From Candidatus Uhrbacteria bacterium (GTDB lineage Bacteria > Patescibacteriota > Patescibacteriia > UBA9934): a stretch of DNA of 64,000 bases. The translations under genes were made by a program, and so were the position numbers. The stretch lies in the NCBI GenBank assembly GCA_943359325.1, contig CALRHD010000001.1, positions 6,240-70,239 on the forward strand, written 5' to 3'. Positions within the stretch are counted from its first letter, which is position 1; each line of letters opens with the position of its first letter. The notes under the pieces are model-generated. The model was given only the letters and a program-made list of their open reading frames with translations, did no database searches and had not been told where the DNA came from. This document shows, piece after piece, positions 63,884-64,000 of the stretch.

Positions 63884-64000
63884 CATTCTTCGCACGCTTC
63901 AACATCGACGACAGGAAAGACCGCTTTGTCACACGAAGCGCGTCTTTTATTTTCTCACGGGCGTGGTGCGTTTTCACAAACTTGAGCCAATCGTCGTTCG

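Noticed and set aside
1-64000. CRISPR arrays, rRNA genes, IS elements, integrases, prophage structural genes
   Set aside because: I looked for them and found none. There are no regularly spaced direct repeats with unique spacers, no 16S/23S/5S signatures, and no transposase, integrase or phage motifs in any ORF. The only repeats are the palindrome family, the two-hairpin element, the GTAGGNN heptads and the IR-flanked element reported above.

Overview
This 64-kb window comes from a compact bacterial chromosome of roughly 55% GC, with conserved information-processing genes on both strands.

Core genes present: ftsH, rpsA, gyrA, rpmF-nusB-rnc, proS, hup, rny, truB, infB, trxA/trxB, leuS, ndk, murA, ruvX/recO, asnS plus an archaeal-type aspS, scpAB with a dac gene, and parAB. 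From 33.3 to 52.5 kb there is a str (rpsL-rpsG-fusA ... tuf) / S10 / spc / secY-adk-map ribosomal supercluster. There are six tRNAs: Arg-TCG, Lys-CTT, one atypical tRNA, initiator fMet-CAT, Met/Ile2-CAT and Leu-CAA.

Lineage inference: rpmD (L30) is absent between rpsE and rplO, ProRS lacks the INS editing domain, AsnRS and an archaeal-type AspRS sit in tandem, TruB lacks the PUA domain, and there are many small membrane-anchored hypothetical proteins. Together these suggest a reduced-genome CPR/Patescibacteria-like lineage.

Accessory content: three type II toxin-antitoxin modules (an RHH/ParE-RelE-like pair with its own promoter inserted between fusA and tuf, and two HicAB pairs); a frameshifted Fic gene on an AT-rich islet; ComEC encoded as two overlapping ORFs; and a stand-alone GGDEF protein.

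The most unusual signals are non-coding:
- a family of four 31-35 bp perfect palindromes sharing a half-site (C)CAACAC-N3-GCACTG, each 30-70 bp upstream of a start codon;
- a two-hairpin intergenic element present twice with compensatory base changes;
- a GTAGGNN heptad repeat shared by the infB-trxA spacer and the truB CDS;
- a 165-bp element bounded by 18-bp inverted repeats next to hicA;
- three ORF-poor structured spacers that are candidate ncRNAs or attenuators: trxB-rsmB (about 500 bp, possibly RNase P RNA), rpsJ-rplC (about 280 bp, ending in a terminator hairpin), and the GC-rich region downstream of map.

No rRNA, CRISPR array, IS/transposase, integrase or prophage genes were seen. Coordinates derived by hand (repeats, tRNAs, adjusted starts) carry about +/-2 nt uncertainty.
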